Origin: Ferrovibrio sp.
GTDB taxonomy: Bacteria > Pseudomonadota > Alphaproteobacteria > Ferrovibrionales > Ferrovibrionaceae
Assembly (NCBI RefSeq): GCF_002796975.1
Contig: NZ_PEKV01000003.1
Span: forward strand, 14,870-78,869
Length of the DNA stretch: 64,000 nt
Reading direction: 5' to 3'
In this document: positions 9,860-19,750 of the stretch, in pieces
Layout of the letters: each line of letters begins with the position of its first letter
Position numbering within the stretch: position 1 is the stretch's first letter
Position numbers and translations under genes: made by a program
The notes under the pieces: model-generated
Told to the model about the DNA's origin: nothing
The model's input: the letters and a program-made list of their open reading frames with translations, nothing else
Database searches by the model: none

Positions 9860-10855
9860 ATGTCGGCAGCGGTGAACGTGAAGGCAATGGTCTGCGAAGC
9901 CTGGGGCGGGCCGGAAAGTCTGGCGCTCAAGGATCTCGCGCTGCCCGCACTGGGTCCGAAGGATGTGCGCATCCAGGTGCATGCCGCGGGCCTGAACTTC
10001 CCCGACACGCTGATCATCGCCAACAAATACCAGGTCAAGCCGAGTTTTCCCTTTGCGCCCGGCATGGAATGCGGCGGCGAGATCGTTGCCGTCGGCGACA
10101 AGGTGACCGACCTGAAGGTTGGCGACCGCGTGATGGCCACCACCAGCTACGGCGCCTTTGCCGAGCAGTTGAACTGCGCGGCCGCCAATGTGTACAAAAT
10201 TCCCGCCAGCATGCCCTATGAAACGGCGGCCGGTTTCCCGATCACCTACGGCACCACCTGGCACGCACTGGTCGATCGCGGCCGCATGAAGCAGGGCGAA
10301 GTGCTGCTGGTGCATGGCGCGGCCGGCGGCGTCGGGCTGAATGCGGTCGAACTCGGTCGCGAACTCGGCGCAACCGTGATCGGCACCGTGGGATCGGACG
10401 AGAAGGCCGCCATCGTCAAGGACTACGGCGCGGCGCATGTGATCAACTACTCGAAGGAAAGCATCAAGGATCGCGTCAAGGAACTCACCGGCGGCAATGG
10501 CGCCGATGTGATCTACGATCCGGTCGGCGGCGATGCCTTCGACCAGAGCCTGCGCTGCATCAACTGGGACGGTCGCCTGCTGGTGATCGGCTTTGCCTCA
10601 GGCCGCATCCCCGAAGCGCCGGCCAATCTGGCGCTGATCAAGGGCTGCAGCATCGTCGGTGTGTTCTGGGGCGCCTTTGCGGCGCGCGAGCCGGAAAAGA
10701 ACCGCGCCAATTTTGCCGCACTGCTGGCGCTCTACGAACACGGCAAGCTCAAGCCGCATGTCTCGCAGAGCTTTGCGTTCGATCAGGTGCCGCAGGCGAT
10801 GGCGGCGCTGCTCTCGCGCAAGACCACCGGCAAGGTGGTCATCAAGGTGCGCTGA
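9860..10855 (+). CDS. NADPH:quinone oxidoreductase family (MDR superfamily)
   Basis: GLNFPDTL, PFAPGMECGG, VLLVHGAAGGVG, GRLLVIGFASG, TTGKVVI. Confidence 0.9.
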   Translation: MSAAVNVKAMVCEAWGGPESLALKDLALPALGPKDVRIQVHAAGLNFPDTLIIANKYQVKPSFPFAPGMECGGEIVAVGDKVTDLKVGDRVMATTSYGAFAEQLNCAAANVYKIPASMPYETAAGFPITYGTTWHALVDRGRMKQGEVLLVHGAAGGVGLNAVELGRELGATVIGTVGSDEKAAIVKDYGAAHVINYSKESIKDRVKELTGGNGADVIYDPVGGDAFDQSLRCINWDGRLLVIGFASGRIPEAPANLALIKGCSIVGVFWGAFAAREPEKNRANFAALLALYEHGKLKPHVSQSFAFDQVPQAMAALLSRKTTGKVVIKVR

Positions 10856-11071
10856 TTACTTCGCTTCCAGTTCGGCGAGCCACTGCGGCAGCGGGCCGCC
10901 GAGGTCATAGGTGATCAGCTTGCCGTATTCCGCCGCGGTCAGGTTGCCCGGCTTGTCTTCCAGCACTTCCACTTTTGGGAAGCGCTTGGCAATGCTCGCC
11001 TTGTCGGGCGCCTTGATGATGGCCCAGAGGCCGGCCGAACCGTAATCATAGGTCACGAGATAGCTGTTCAT
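10856..11071 (-). CDS. Small hypothetical protein (71 aa)
   Basis: ATGA overlap with the nadD stop. Non-shadow composition (YLVTYDYGSAGLWAII). Confidence 0.7.
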   Translation of the reverse strand: MNSYLVTYDYGSAGLWAIIKAPDKASIAKRFPKVEVLEDKPGNLTAAEYGKLITYDLGGPLPQWLAELEAK

Positions 11072-11685
11072 ACGCGTCCTCCCGTTTTGCGCTGCTGCGC
11101 GCGGATGGCCGTCGCGCTCAGCGGATTAAGCCTGGACTTCAGCAGCAGGAAGGCCGGCGGCGGTCTGTCGGCCAGTATAGCAGCAGCATAGCGCGGCAGG
11201 CGATGGCGCGACAGCCAGCGCGCGGCGGGAGTCTGCATCGCCGTCAGGTTGAAGCCCGGCCGGTCCAGCACGGCAATCGGCATGGTCCGGGCAATGCCCT
11301 GCCAGTCCTGCCAGCGGTGGAATTGCGCCAGGTTGTCGGCGCCCATCAGCCAGACGAACCTGGCCTGCGGGTAATGGGTGGTCAGGCGGCGGAGCGTATC
11401 CGCCGTATACCGCGTACCCAGGGTGGTTTCGATGGCCGTCACCCGAATGCGCGGATGCGCCGCCACGGCTTCGGCCTGCTGCAGGCGATACGCCAGCGGC
11501 GCCATGCCGCGTATGGGTTTCAGCGGGTTCTGCGGGCTGACCAGCCACCAGACCTGATCCAGCTTCAGCCGGTGCAGCGCGGTCAGGCTGATCTCGCGAT
11601 GTGCCGCATGGGCGGGGTTGAACGAGCCGCCGAGCAGGCCGATCCGTAGTCCGGTGGAGGAACCGAGAGGCGGAATACCGTTCAT
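11068..11685 (-). CDS. nadD: Nicotinate-nucleotide adenylyltransferase
   Basis: GLLGGSFNPAHAAH, WWLVSPQNPLK, FVWLMGADNL, SATAIR; follows proA. Confidence 0.95.
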   Translation of the reverse strand: MNGIPPLGSSTGLRIGLLGGSFNPAHAAHREISLTALHRLKLDQVWWLVSPQNPLKPIRGMAPLAYRLQQAEAVAAHPRIRVTAIETTLGTRYTADTLRRLTTHYPQARFVWLMGADNLAQFHRWQDWQGIARTMPIAVLDRPGFNLTAMQTPAARWLSRHRLPRYAAAILADRPPPAFLLLKSRLNPLSATAIRAQQRKTGGRV

Positions 11686-11713
11686 GCGGGGCTTGGTCGC
11701 TCCGTCTTGTTGT

Positions 11714-12987
11714 TCAGGGCCGCGTCTGCCCGGTGCCGTAGACGCGATACTTGAAGGTGGTGAGCTGTTCGACGCCGACGGGGCCGCGCGCATGCATCTT
11801 GCCGGTGGCAATGCCGATCTCGGCGCCGAAGCCGAACTCGCCGCCATCGGCAAACTGCGTCGAGGCATTGTGAAGAAGAATGGCGCTGTCGAGCCGGTTC
11901 ATGAACTGCGCGGCGTGATCCGCATTCTCGGTCAGGATCGCGTCCGTGTGGCTCGAACCATGCGTGGCGATATGTTCGATGGCAGCGTCGAGATCCTCGA
12001 CCACGCGCACGGCGATGATGGCATCGAGATATTCGGTCGCCCAGTCTTCTTCGGTGGCGGCTTTCACCCGCGCATCGACCTTCTGCGTATCAGTGTCGCC
12101 GCGCACTTCGCAGCCTGCCTCCAGCAGCATCTTCACCAGCGGGTGGAGATGCGTGGCGACGGCGGCGCGTTCGACCAGCAGCGTTTCGGCGGCACCGCAG
12201 ACGCCGGTGCGGCGCAGCTTGGCGTTTTTCACAATCGACAGAGCCATGTCGAGCGAAGCAGAGGCTTCGACATAGACATGGCAGTTGCCTTCGAGATGGG
12301 CAAAGACCGGCACGCGGCTCTCGCTCTGTACGCGGGCCACCAGCGACTTGCCGCCGCGCGGCACGATCACGTCGAGCCAGTTCGCCGCCGTCAGCATGGC
12401 ACCGACCATGGCACGGTCGGTGGTGGGCACCAGCTGAATCGCCGCTTCGGGCAGACCAGCCGCCTTCAGGCCTTCGACCAGGCAGGCATGGATCGCCGTG
12501 CTGGAGTGGAAGCTTTCCGAGCCGCCACGCAGGATGCAGGCATTGCCGGCTTTCAGGCAGAGCCCGCCGGCATCGGCCGTGACATTCGGGCGGCTTTCGT
12601 AGATCACGCCAATCACGCCGAGCGGCGTGCGCACGCGTTCGAATTTCAGGCCGTTCGGCCGCGTCCAGTCGGCGATCACACCGCCGACCGGATCGGCAAG
12701 GTCTGCGATCTCTTCCAGGCCCTGCGCGATGGCCGCGATGCGCTGGCCATCCAGCATCAGGCGGTCGAGCAGCGCAGCCGTCAGGCCCTTGGCCTTGCCG
12801 GCGGCCATGTCTTCGGCATTGGCGGCGAGGATTTTCTGTTCATTGCCGCGCATGGCAGCGGCAGCGGCTTTCAGCGCAGCATTCTTCTGCGCCGTCGGCG
12901 CCGTGGCCAGCACGCGGGCGGCAGCCTTTGCCGCCGCTCCCATCTGGTTCATCCGCGTGGCTGTGTCAGTGATCGCGGTATGGGCCG

Positions 12988-12991
<4 letters not shown>
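11714..12991 (-). CDS. proA: Gamma-glutamyl phosphate reductase
   Basis: [58 protein letters not shown]. Confidence 0.98.
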
Positions 12992-15136
<2,145 letters not shown>

Positions 15137-15161
15137 TCACGGGAGATGTGGTGCAGATACG

Positions 15162-15192
15162 AAAAAGGGGAATGGCCTGCGCCATTCCCCTT
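15162..15192 (-). terminator. Rho-independent terminator after rpmA
   Basis: Stem aaggggaatggc / gccattcccctt with an A-run on + (U-tract on -). Confidence 0.75.
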
Positions 15193-15227
15193 GATCGATT
15201 GTGATGCTTGCGGGAAGGCGCGTTGAC

Positions 15228-15488
15228 TTACGCCTCCGGCGGGAGCACCGAAACATACGAGCGGCTGCCCTTGCCGTCGTGGAACTTCACGACGCCGTTG
15301 GCCGTGGCGAACAGGGTGTGGTCCTTGCCCATGCCCACGTTCTTGCCGGCATGCACCTTGGTGCCGCGCTGGCGCACGATGATGTTGCCGGCGAGAACGG
15401 CTTCGCTGCCGTACTTCTTGACGCCGAGGCGCTTGGACTGGGAGTCGCGACCGTTACGCGAAGAGCCGCCAGCTTTTTTATGTGCCAT
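15228..15488 (-). CDS. rpmA: 50S ribosomal protein L27
   Basis: [23 protein letters not shown]. Confidence 0.99.
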   Translation of the reverse strand: MAHKKAGGSSRNGRDSQSKRLGVKKYGSEAVLAGNIIVRQRGTKVHAGKNVGMGKDHTLFATANGVVKFHDGKGSRSYVSVLPPEA

Positions 15489-15521
15489 GAGAGTGTCTCC
15501 TTAAATCTGTGCGCGGGCTGC

Positions 15522-15830
15522 TCAGGCAGCGATCTCGAGGATCTTCACCGCGGTGTAGCGCTGGCGATGACCGTTCTTGCGGCGCGAATTCTGCCGGCGA
15601 CGCTTCTTGAAGATGATCAGCTTCGGGCCGCGGGTCAGGCCGACGACTTCCGCCTTCACCTTGGCATTGGCAACATCCTTGCCGAGCTTGACGTCGCCGC
15701 CGTTGCCGATGGCCAGCACCTGGCCGAATTCGATCTTGTCGCCCGCTTCGCCGGCGACCAGTTCGACCTCGAGCACGTCGCCCGCTGCCACCTTATACTG
15801 CTTACCGCCGGTCTTGATCACTGCGAACAT
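15522..15830 (-). CDS. rplU: 50S ribosomal protein L21
   Basis: MFAVIKTGGKQYKV ... GHRQ; start at ATG 15830. Confidence 0.98.
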   Translation of the reverse strand: MFAVIKTGGKQYKVAAGDVLEVELVAGEAGDKIEFGQVLAIGNGGDVKLGKDVANAKVKAEVVGLTRGPKLIIFKKRRRQNSRRKNGHRQRYTAVKILEIAA

Positions 15831-15893
15831 ATTGATATTCCATAACAAAGCGGCAGCGCCGGCCATCCGGCACCGCCTGAATTCGAGGCGCGC

Positions 15894-15921
15894 ACTATAA
15901 CCGGGGGGAAGGGGCTGTCAA
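15894..15921 (-). promoter_or_regulatory. Putative sigma70 promoter of the rplU-rpmA operon
   Basis: Minus strand reads TTGACA-N16-TATAGT. Confidence 0.65.
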
Positions 15922-16454
15922 CCCCGGATTCGGGCGCTTCCGCCGGCGTTATCATTAGCTGGTTTGGCGCGCCGATTCTGCTGTTTTTGGGCGCGGCGCC
16001 AGTCCCAGGCCGGTTCGGCCAGGACATTGCCCGCCCAGACCCCGTTGCCGAGCAGCTGGGCTTCCCATTCGGCCGCTTCGTAATCCCGGCTGTAGGCCAG
16101 ATAGGCCCAGGCGAGGCCGGCCCGCACCATCGCCCGGTTCAGGTCCAGGCCGCCGGAATGGCAGACCGCCACCACCCGGCCATAGCGGTCGCGATCCATC
16201 TCGGTGCAGCTGACCGGCCGGCCGGCGATCAGGCCGCGCAGATAGGCGGCAGCCTCCTGGCCGCACAGCCAGTCCAGGTTATCCCTCTGGCAGCGCTGGG
16301 CTTTTTCCGGCGCATCGATGCCATGCAGGCGGTAATTCACCTTGCCGATCTTGATCGTGTCGCCATCCAGCACCCGGACCCCGGGTTCTTCTGCCCGCGC
16401 CGGACCGGCCAGCAGCAGGGCGAGCAGGACAAGCCGAATCGCATACCATGTCAT
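15918..16454 (-). CDS. Exported thermonuclease (SNase-like) family protein
   Basis: Signal peptide, VLDGDTI, RLHGIDAPE, DRYGRVVA, LNRAMVRAGLAWAY. Confidence 0.9.
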   Translation of the reverse strand: MTWYAIRLVLLALLLAGPARAEEPGVRVLDGDTIKIGKVNYRLHGIDAPEKAQRCQRDNLDWLCGQEAAAYLRGLIAGRPVSCTEMDRDRYGRVVAVCHSGGLDLNRAMVRAGLAWAYLAYSRDYEAAEWEAQLLGNGVWAGNVLAEPAWDWRRAQKQQNRRAKPANDNAGGSARIRG

Positions 16455-16515
16455 GCAGCCGGCTTAGCACGCGGCGGAAACTCAGAATACAAATGTATGC
16501 TAAGATTTGTCCGTG

Positions 16516-17688
16516 TCAGTCGGCCGGAGGCTGCATCCCTGCACCGAGGATCGCCATATAAGCCGTGTAGCAAAAAACCCGACCGCGTTTTTTGCCTGTC
16601 ACTTCACGAACGATTCCGAGCTTCTGCAGGGTTTCGAGCGCCGTGTTGACGGTTGGCATGCTCAGCCCGGTCTGCGCTGCTGCACGCTTGGCGTTGATAT
16701 AAGGATGTGCCTGCAGCGCGCCATGGAGGCGCAGGACCGATCCGCTGTTGGCGCCATCCTTTGGAATGCGCTCGCGATCCTGTTTGAACAGATTGACGAT
16801 CGCCATGGCTTCGTTGGAGGCCTGGTTCGCGGTTTCGGTGACGCCGTCGAGGAAAAACTCGATCCAGGCTTCCCAATTGCCGTTCTCGCGCACTTCCTGC
16901 AGCAGACGGTAATAATCCTGTCGGTGAGTTTTGAAATAGAGACTCAAATACAGCAGTGGATGCTGCAGCACGCCTGCGGCGCATAGATACAGCGTGACCA
17001 ACAGGCGGCCAACGCGACCATTGCCATCGAGAAACGGGTGAATGGTCTCAAACTGGTGATGCAGTAAGGCCGCCTTGATCAACGGTGGCAGATCGTCATG
17101 TGTGGCATGGATGAAGGTTTCCATGTCATGTAGGCAAGCCTGCATTTCGATCACGGGCGGTGGCACGTAAAGCGCATTGCCGGGACGGGTACCGCCGATC
17201 CAATTTTGCGAGTTACGGAATTCTCCGGGATTTTTGTTCATGCCGCGACCGCTCCGCAGCAGACGCTGGTGCAATTCGCGAATCAGCCGCAACGACAATG
17301 GGAAGTCCGGCAGGCGTTCGATGCCATATCGCATGGCATCAACGTAATTCGACACCTCGCGAATATCGTCCACCGGTTCGCCACTCTCGGCGTCGGTTTC
17401 GAAACGCAGCAGATCGGACAAGGTGGATTGCGCGCCCTCAATCTGCGACGACAGCACCGCTTCCTTGCGCACATACATATACAGAAACAGTCCCATATCC
17501 GGCAGCAGAGCGACGCCGCCGTCCAGACGGCCGAGCGCGCGATCAGCGGCGCTCAAACGCACGGCAAGGCCCGCGATGGCAATCGGTGGATCGGGCGGCA
17601 GCGGTGGCGGAATATAGGCGCGAACGGTTTCGTCGCCCGCCTGGGTCACAGCGTACCGCCCTCGTCTGGAAAGCATTCGGTCGCTCAT
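16516..17688 (-). CDS. Class II Fic family protein (auto-inhibitory helix, C-terminal HTH)
   Basis: Canonical HPFLDGNGRVGR motif, N-terminal inhibitory SSQIEG, C-terminal HTH ending TGKKRGRVFCY. Confidence 0.92.
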   Translation of the reverse strand: MSDRMLSRRGRYAVTQAGDETVRAYIPPPLPPDPPIAIAGLAVRLSAADRALGRLDGGVALLPDMGLFLYMYVRKEAVLSSQIEGAQSTLSDLLRFETDAESGEPVDDIREVSNYVDAMRYGIERLPDFPLSLRLIRELHQRLLRSGRGMNKNPGEFRNSQNWIGGTRPGNALYVPPPVIEMQACLHDMETFIHATHDDLPPLIKAALLHHQFETIHPFLDGNGRVGRLLVTLYLCAAGVLQHPLLYLSLYFKTHRQDYYRLLQEVRENGNWEAWIEFFLDGVTETANQASNEAMAIVNLFKQDRERIPKDGANSGSVLRLHGALQAHPYINAKRAAAQTGLSMPTVNTALETLQKLGIVREVTGKKRGRVFCYTAYMAILGAGMQPPAD

Positions 17689-17815
17689 TATTTAATTATA
17701 TGATATTTATTTAATTAAAGGAACTGGTCTATTTAAATCAGACCTAACACTCTCGCGGTTAATTAAAATTCGTATCACTATTTAATTAGTTGAGATGGAC
17801 TAATAAAATCAGACA
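17689..17815. promoter_or_regulatory. AT-rich iterated repeat region upstream of fic
   Basis: TATTTAATTA at 17689, 17708 and 17779; variants TATTTAAATCAGAC (17730) and TAATAAAATCAGAC (17801); TTAATTAA at 17759. Confidence 0.6.
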
Positions 17816-17878
17816 TAGCCGCCACTGTCATAAAACCATCCCTGCCGCTGGACCCAAAAACCTGCTATCCGGGCCGCC

Positions 17879-18832
17879 ATGCCCGGGTCCGCGCCTGCGA
17901 CATACCGCCGGCGCCTGCTGGTGATCTACAACCCGACCGCCGGGGCCGGCCGGCTCGGGCGGCGCAAACGCGCGCGCCTCGAAGCCTATCTCGACCTGCT
18001 GGAAGAGTCCGGCTGCGCGGTCGAATTCCGTCCCACCACCCGGCGTGGCGATGCCGAAGCCTTCGCCGCCGAAGCTGCATCTGAGAAATACGATGCCGTG
18101 GTCGCCGCCGGCGGCGACGGCACCATCGGCGAAGTGGCGAACGGCCTGCCGGCGAACAGCGCGCCGCTCGGGATTTTCCCGCTCGGCACCGCCAATGTGC
18201 TGGCGATGGAAATCGGCCTGCCGCTCGATCCGCCGACCGTGATGCACGCCGTGCTGCACGGGCCACAGACCATGATCTGGCCGGGTTTCGTCAACGACCG
18301 CCTCTTCACCATCATGGCCGGCGTCGGTTTCGATGCGCATGTGGTGCGCGACCTGCCGCCGCAGATGAAACGCTGGCTCGGCAAGGGCGCCTATGTGGTC
18401 GAAAGTCTGCGTCAGCTCGCGGCCTATCATGTGCCGCGCTATCGCGTCAGCATCGACGGCAAAGATTTCGACTGCGCCTCGGCCGTTGTCGCCAAGGGGC
18501 ATTTCTACGGCGGCAGGTTCGTCTGTTCGCCAAATGCAAGACTCGACGATCCGGCTTTCGAGGTCTGCCTGTTCAAGATGGGTGGCCGCATCGGCGCGGC
18601 GCGCGCGACCGTGGCGCTGACGCTCGGGCTGTTGCAAAAGCTGCCCGAGATCGAACTGGTGCACGGTCGCGAAGTTACCATTACAGGCATCGATGGCGAG
18701 CCGGTGCAGGCCGATGGCGATATCGCCGCCACGCTGCCAGCGACTGTCAGGATCGGCAGTCGCGCGATCCCGCTGATCCTGCCGAAGGGCAGCGCACTGA
18801 CCCCGGATGTGATAGAGACGGTGGCAGATTAA
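17879..18832 (+). CDS. Diacylglycerol/lipid kinase family protein (YegS/BmrU-like)
   Basis: IYNPTAG, AAGGDGTIGEV, PLGTANVLA, MAGVGFDA, QADGD. Confidence 0.9.
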   Translation: MPGSAPATYRRRLLVIYNPTAGAGRLGRRKRARLEAYLDLLEESGCAVEFRPTTRRGDAEAFAAEAASEKYDAVVAAGGDGTIGEVANGLPANSAPLGIFPLGTANVLAMEIGLPLDPPTVMHAVLHGPQTMIWPGFVNDRLFTIMAGVGFDAHVVRDLPPQMKRWLGKGAYVVESLRQLAAYHVPRYRVSIDGKDFDCASAVVAKGHFYGGRFVCSPNARLDDPAFEVCLFKMGGRIGAARATVALTLGLLQKLPEIELVHGREVTITGIDGEPVQADGDIAATLPATVRIGSRAIPLILPKGSALTPDVIETVAD

Positions 18833-18858
18833 ATCCTTCCAGCAGGGGATTCGCCGCC

Positions 18859-19206
18859 ATGTCCGCCGCCGGCTTCGCCAGCACGCCCAAACCACCTTAT
18901 TACGCCGTGATCTTTTCCTCGCAACGCACAGAAGGCGACAACGGGTATGGTGCCACCGCCGACCGCATGGCCGAACTGGCCGCGCAGCAGCCGGGGTTTC
19001 TGGGCATGGAAAGCACGCGCGGCGGCGATGGTTTCGGGATCACGGTGGCGTATTTCGATACGGAAGAAAATATACGCGCCTGGAAGCGCAACATGGAACA
19101 TGCTGCCGCGCGGCAGAAAGGCCGCGAGGTCTGGTATGCGCATTACGAAATCAGAATCGCGAAAGTCGAGCGCGCCTATAATTTCAAGGCGCCGCAAATT
19201 GACTGA
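18859..19206 (+). CDS. Antibiotic biosynthesis monooxygenase (ABM) family protein
   Basis: PPYYAVIFSSQR, QPGFLGMES, WK...EH..AR.KGR..WY..Y.IRIAKVER. Confidence 0.88.
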   Translation: MSAAGFASTPKPPYYAVIFSSQRTEGDNGYGATADRMAELAAQQPGFLGMESTRGGDGFGITVAYFDTEENIRAWKRNMEHAAARQKGREVWYAHYEIRIAKVERAYNFKAPQID

Positions 19207-19215
19207 GAGAAGGGC

Positions 19216-19647
19216 TCAGCCCTTCGGCACATCGCCCGGCAGGCGCTTGTAGCGCACGCCGGCGCCGCGTTCGATGGCGGCGGCATGCAGGCGCTCGACG
19301 CGCAATTCGTGCCGCAGCATTTCCAGCCAGCGCAGTTCCTCCTGGCGGCCATGGCCATCCACCGCGATGATGTCGCAGGCCAGTGCGTAAGCCGTTTCGC
19401 ACCAATCGGCGGGTAAAGCTTCCTTCACCAGGCCCAAAGCTGCATCGATGCCATCTTCCTGGTCCAGCAGCGCCACGCAATCGCCGACCGCCACCTGCAT
19501 CGCATCCAGCCCATAACCGCGGAAAATCGGCAGATGCCGCACGGCGGCGTCGATGGCGGCCACCTCGGTATCCTTCAGTTTTCCGTCCGCCACGGCGGCA
19601 ATCACCATGGCATAGATCAGGGCATTCTGTGGCGTGATGGTCGACAT
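19216..19647 (-). CDS. TerB-family (tellurite resistance) protein
   Basis: ALIYAMVIAAVADG...D.E, ETAYALACDI..VD, EEL..LE.LR..L, AAIE.GA..RY. Confidence 0.8.
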   Translation of the reverse strand: MSTITPQNALIYAMVIAAVADGKLKDTEVAAIDAAVRHLPIFRGYGLDAMQVAVGDCVALLDQEDGIDAALGLVKEALPADWCETAYALACDIIAVDGHGRQEELRWLEMLRHELRVERLHAAAIERGAGVRYKRLPGDVPKG

Positions 19648-19750
19648 AGAGTGATGTTTCCCTAACGGTGAATATCCCGCCTAGCGGGACATTGCGGCGA
19701 AAGGATGACTTGACCGGCGAAAGACCGGGTGGCGAAAGGATGCCTTCAGC

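Noticed and set aside
16507-16986. 159-aa plus-strand ORF as a possible antitoxin of Fic
   Set aside because: Lies antisense within fic, and Fic already carries its own inhibitory SSQIEG helix.
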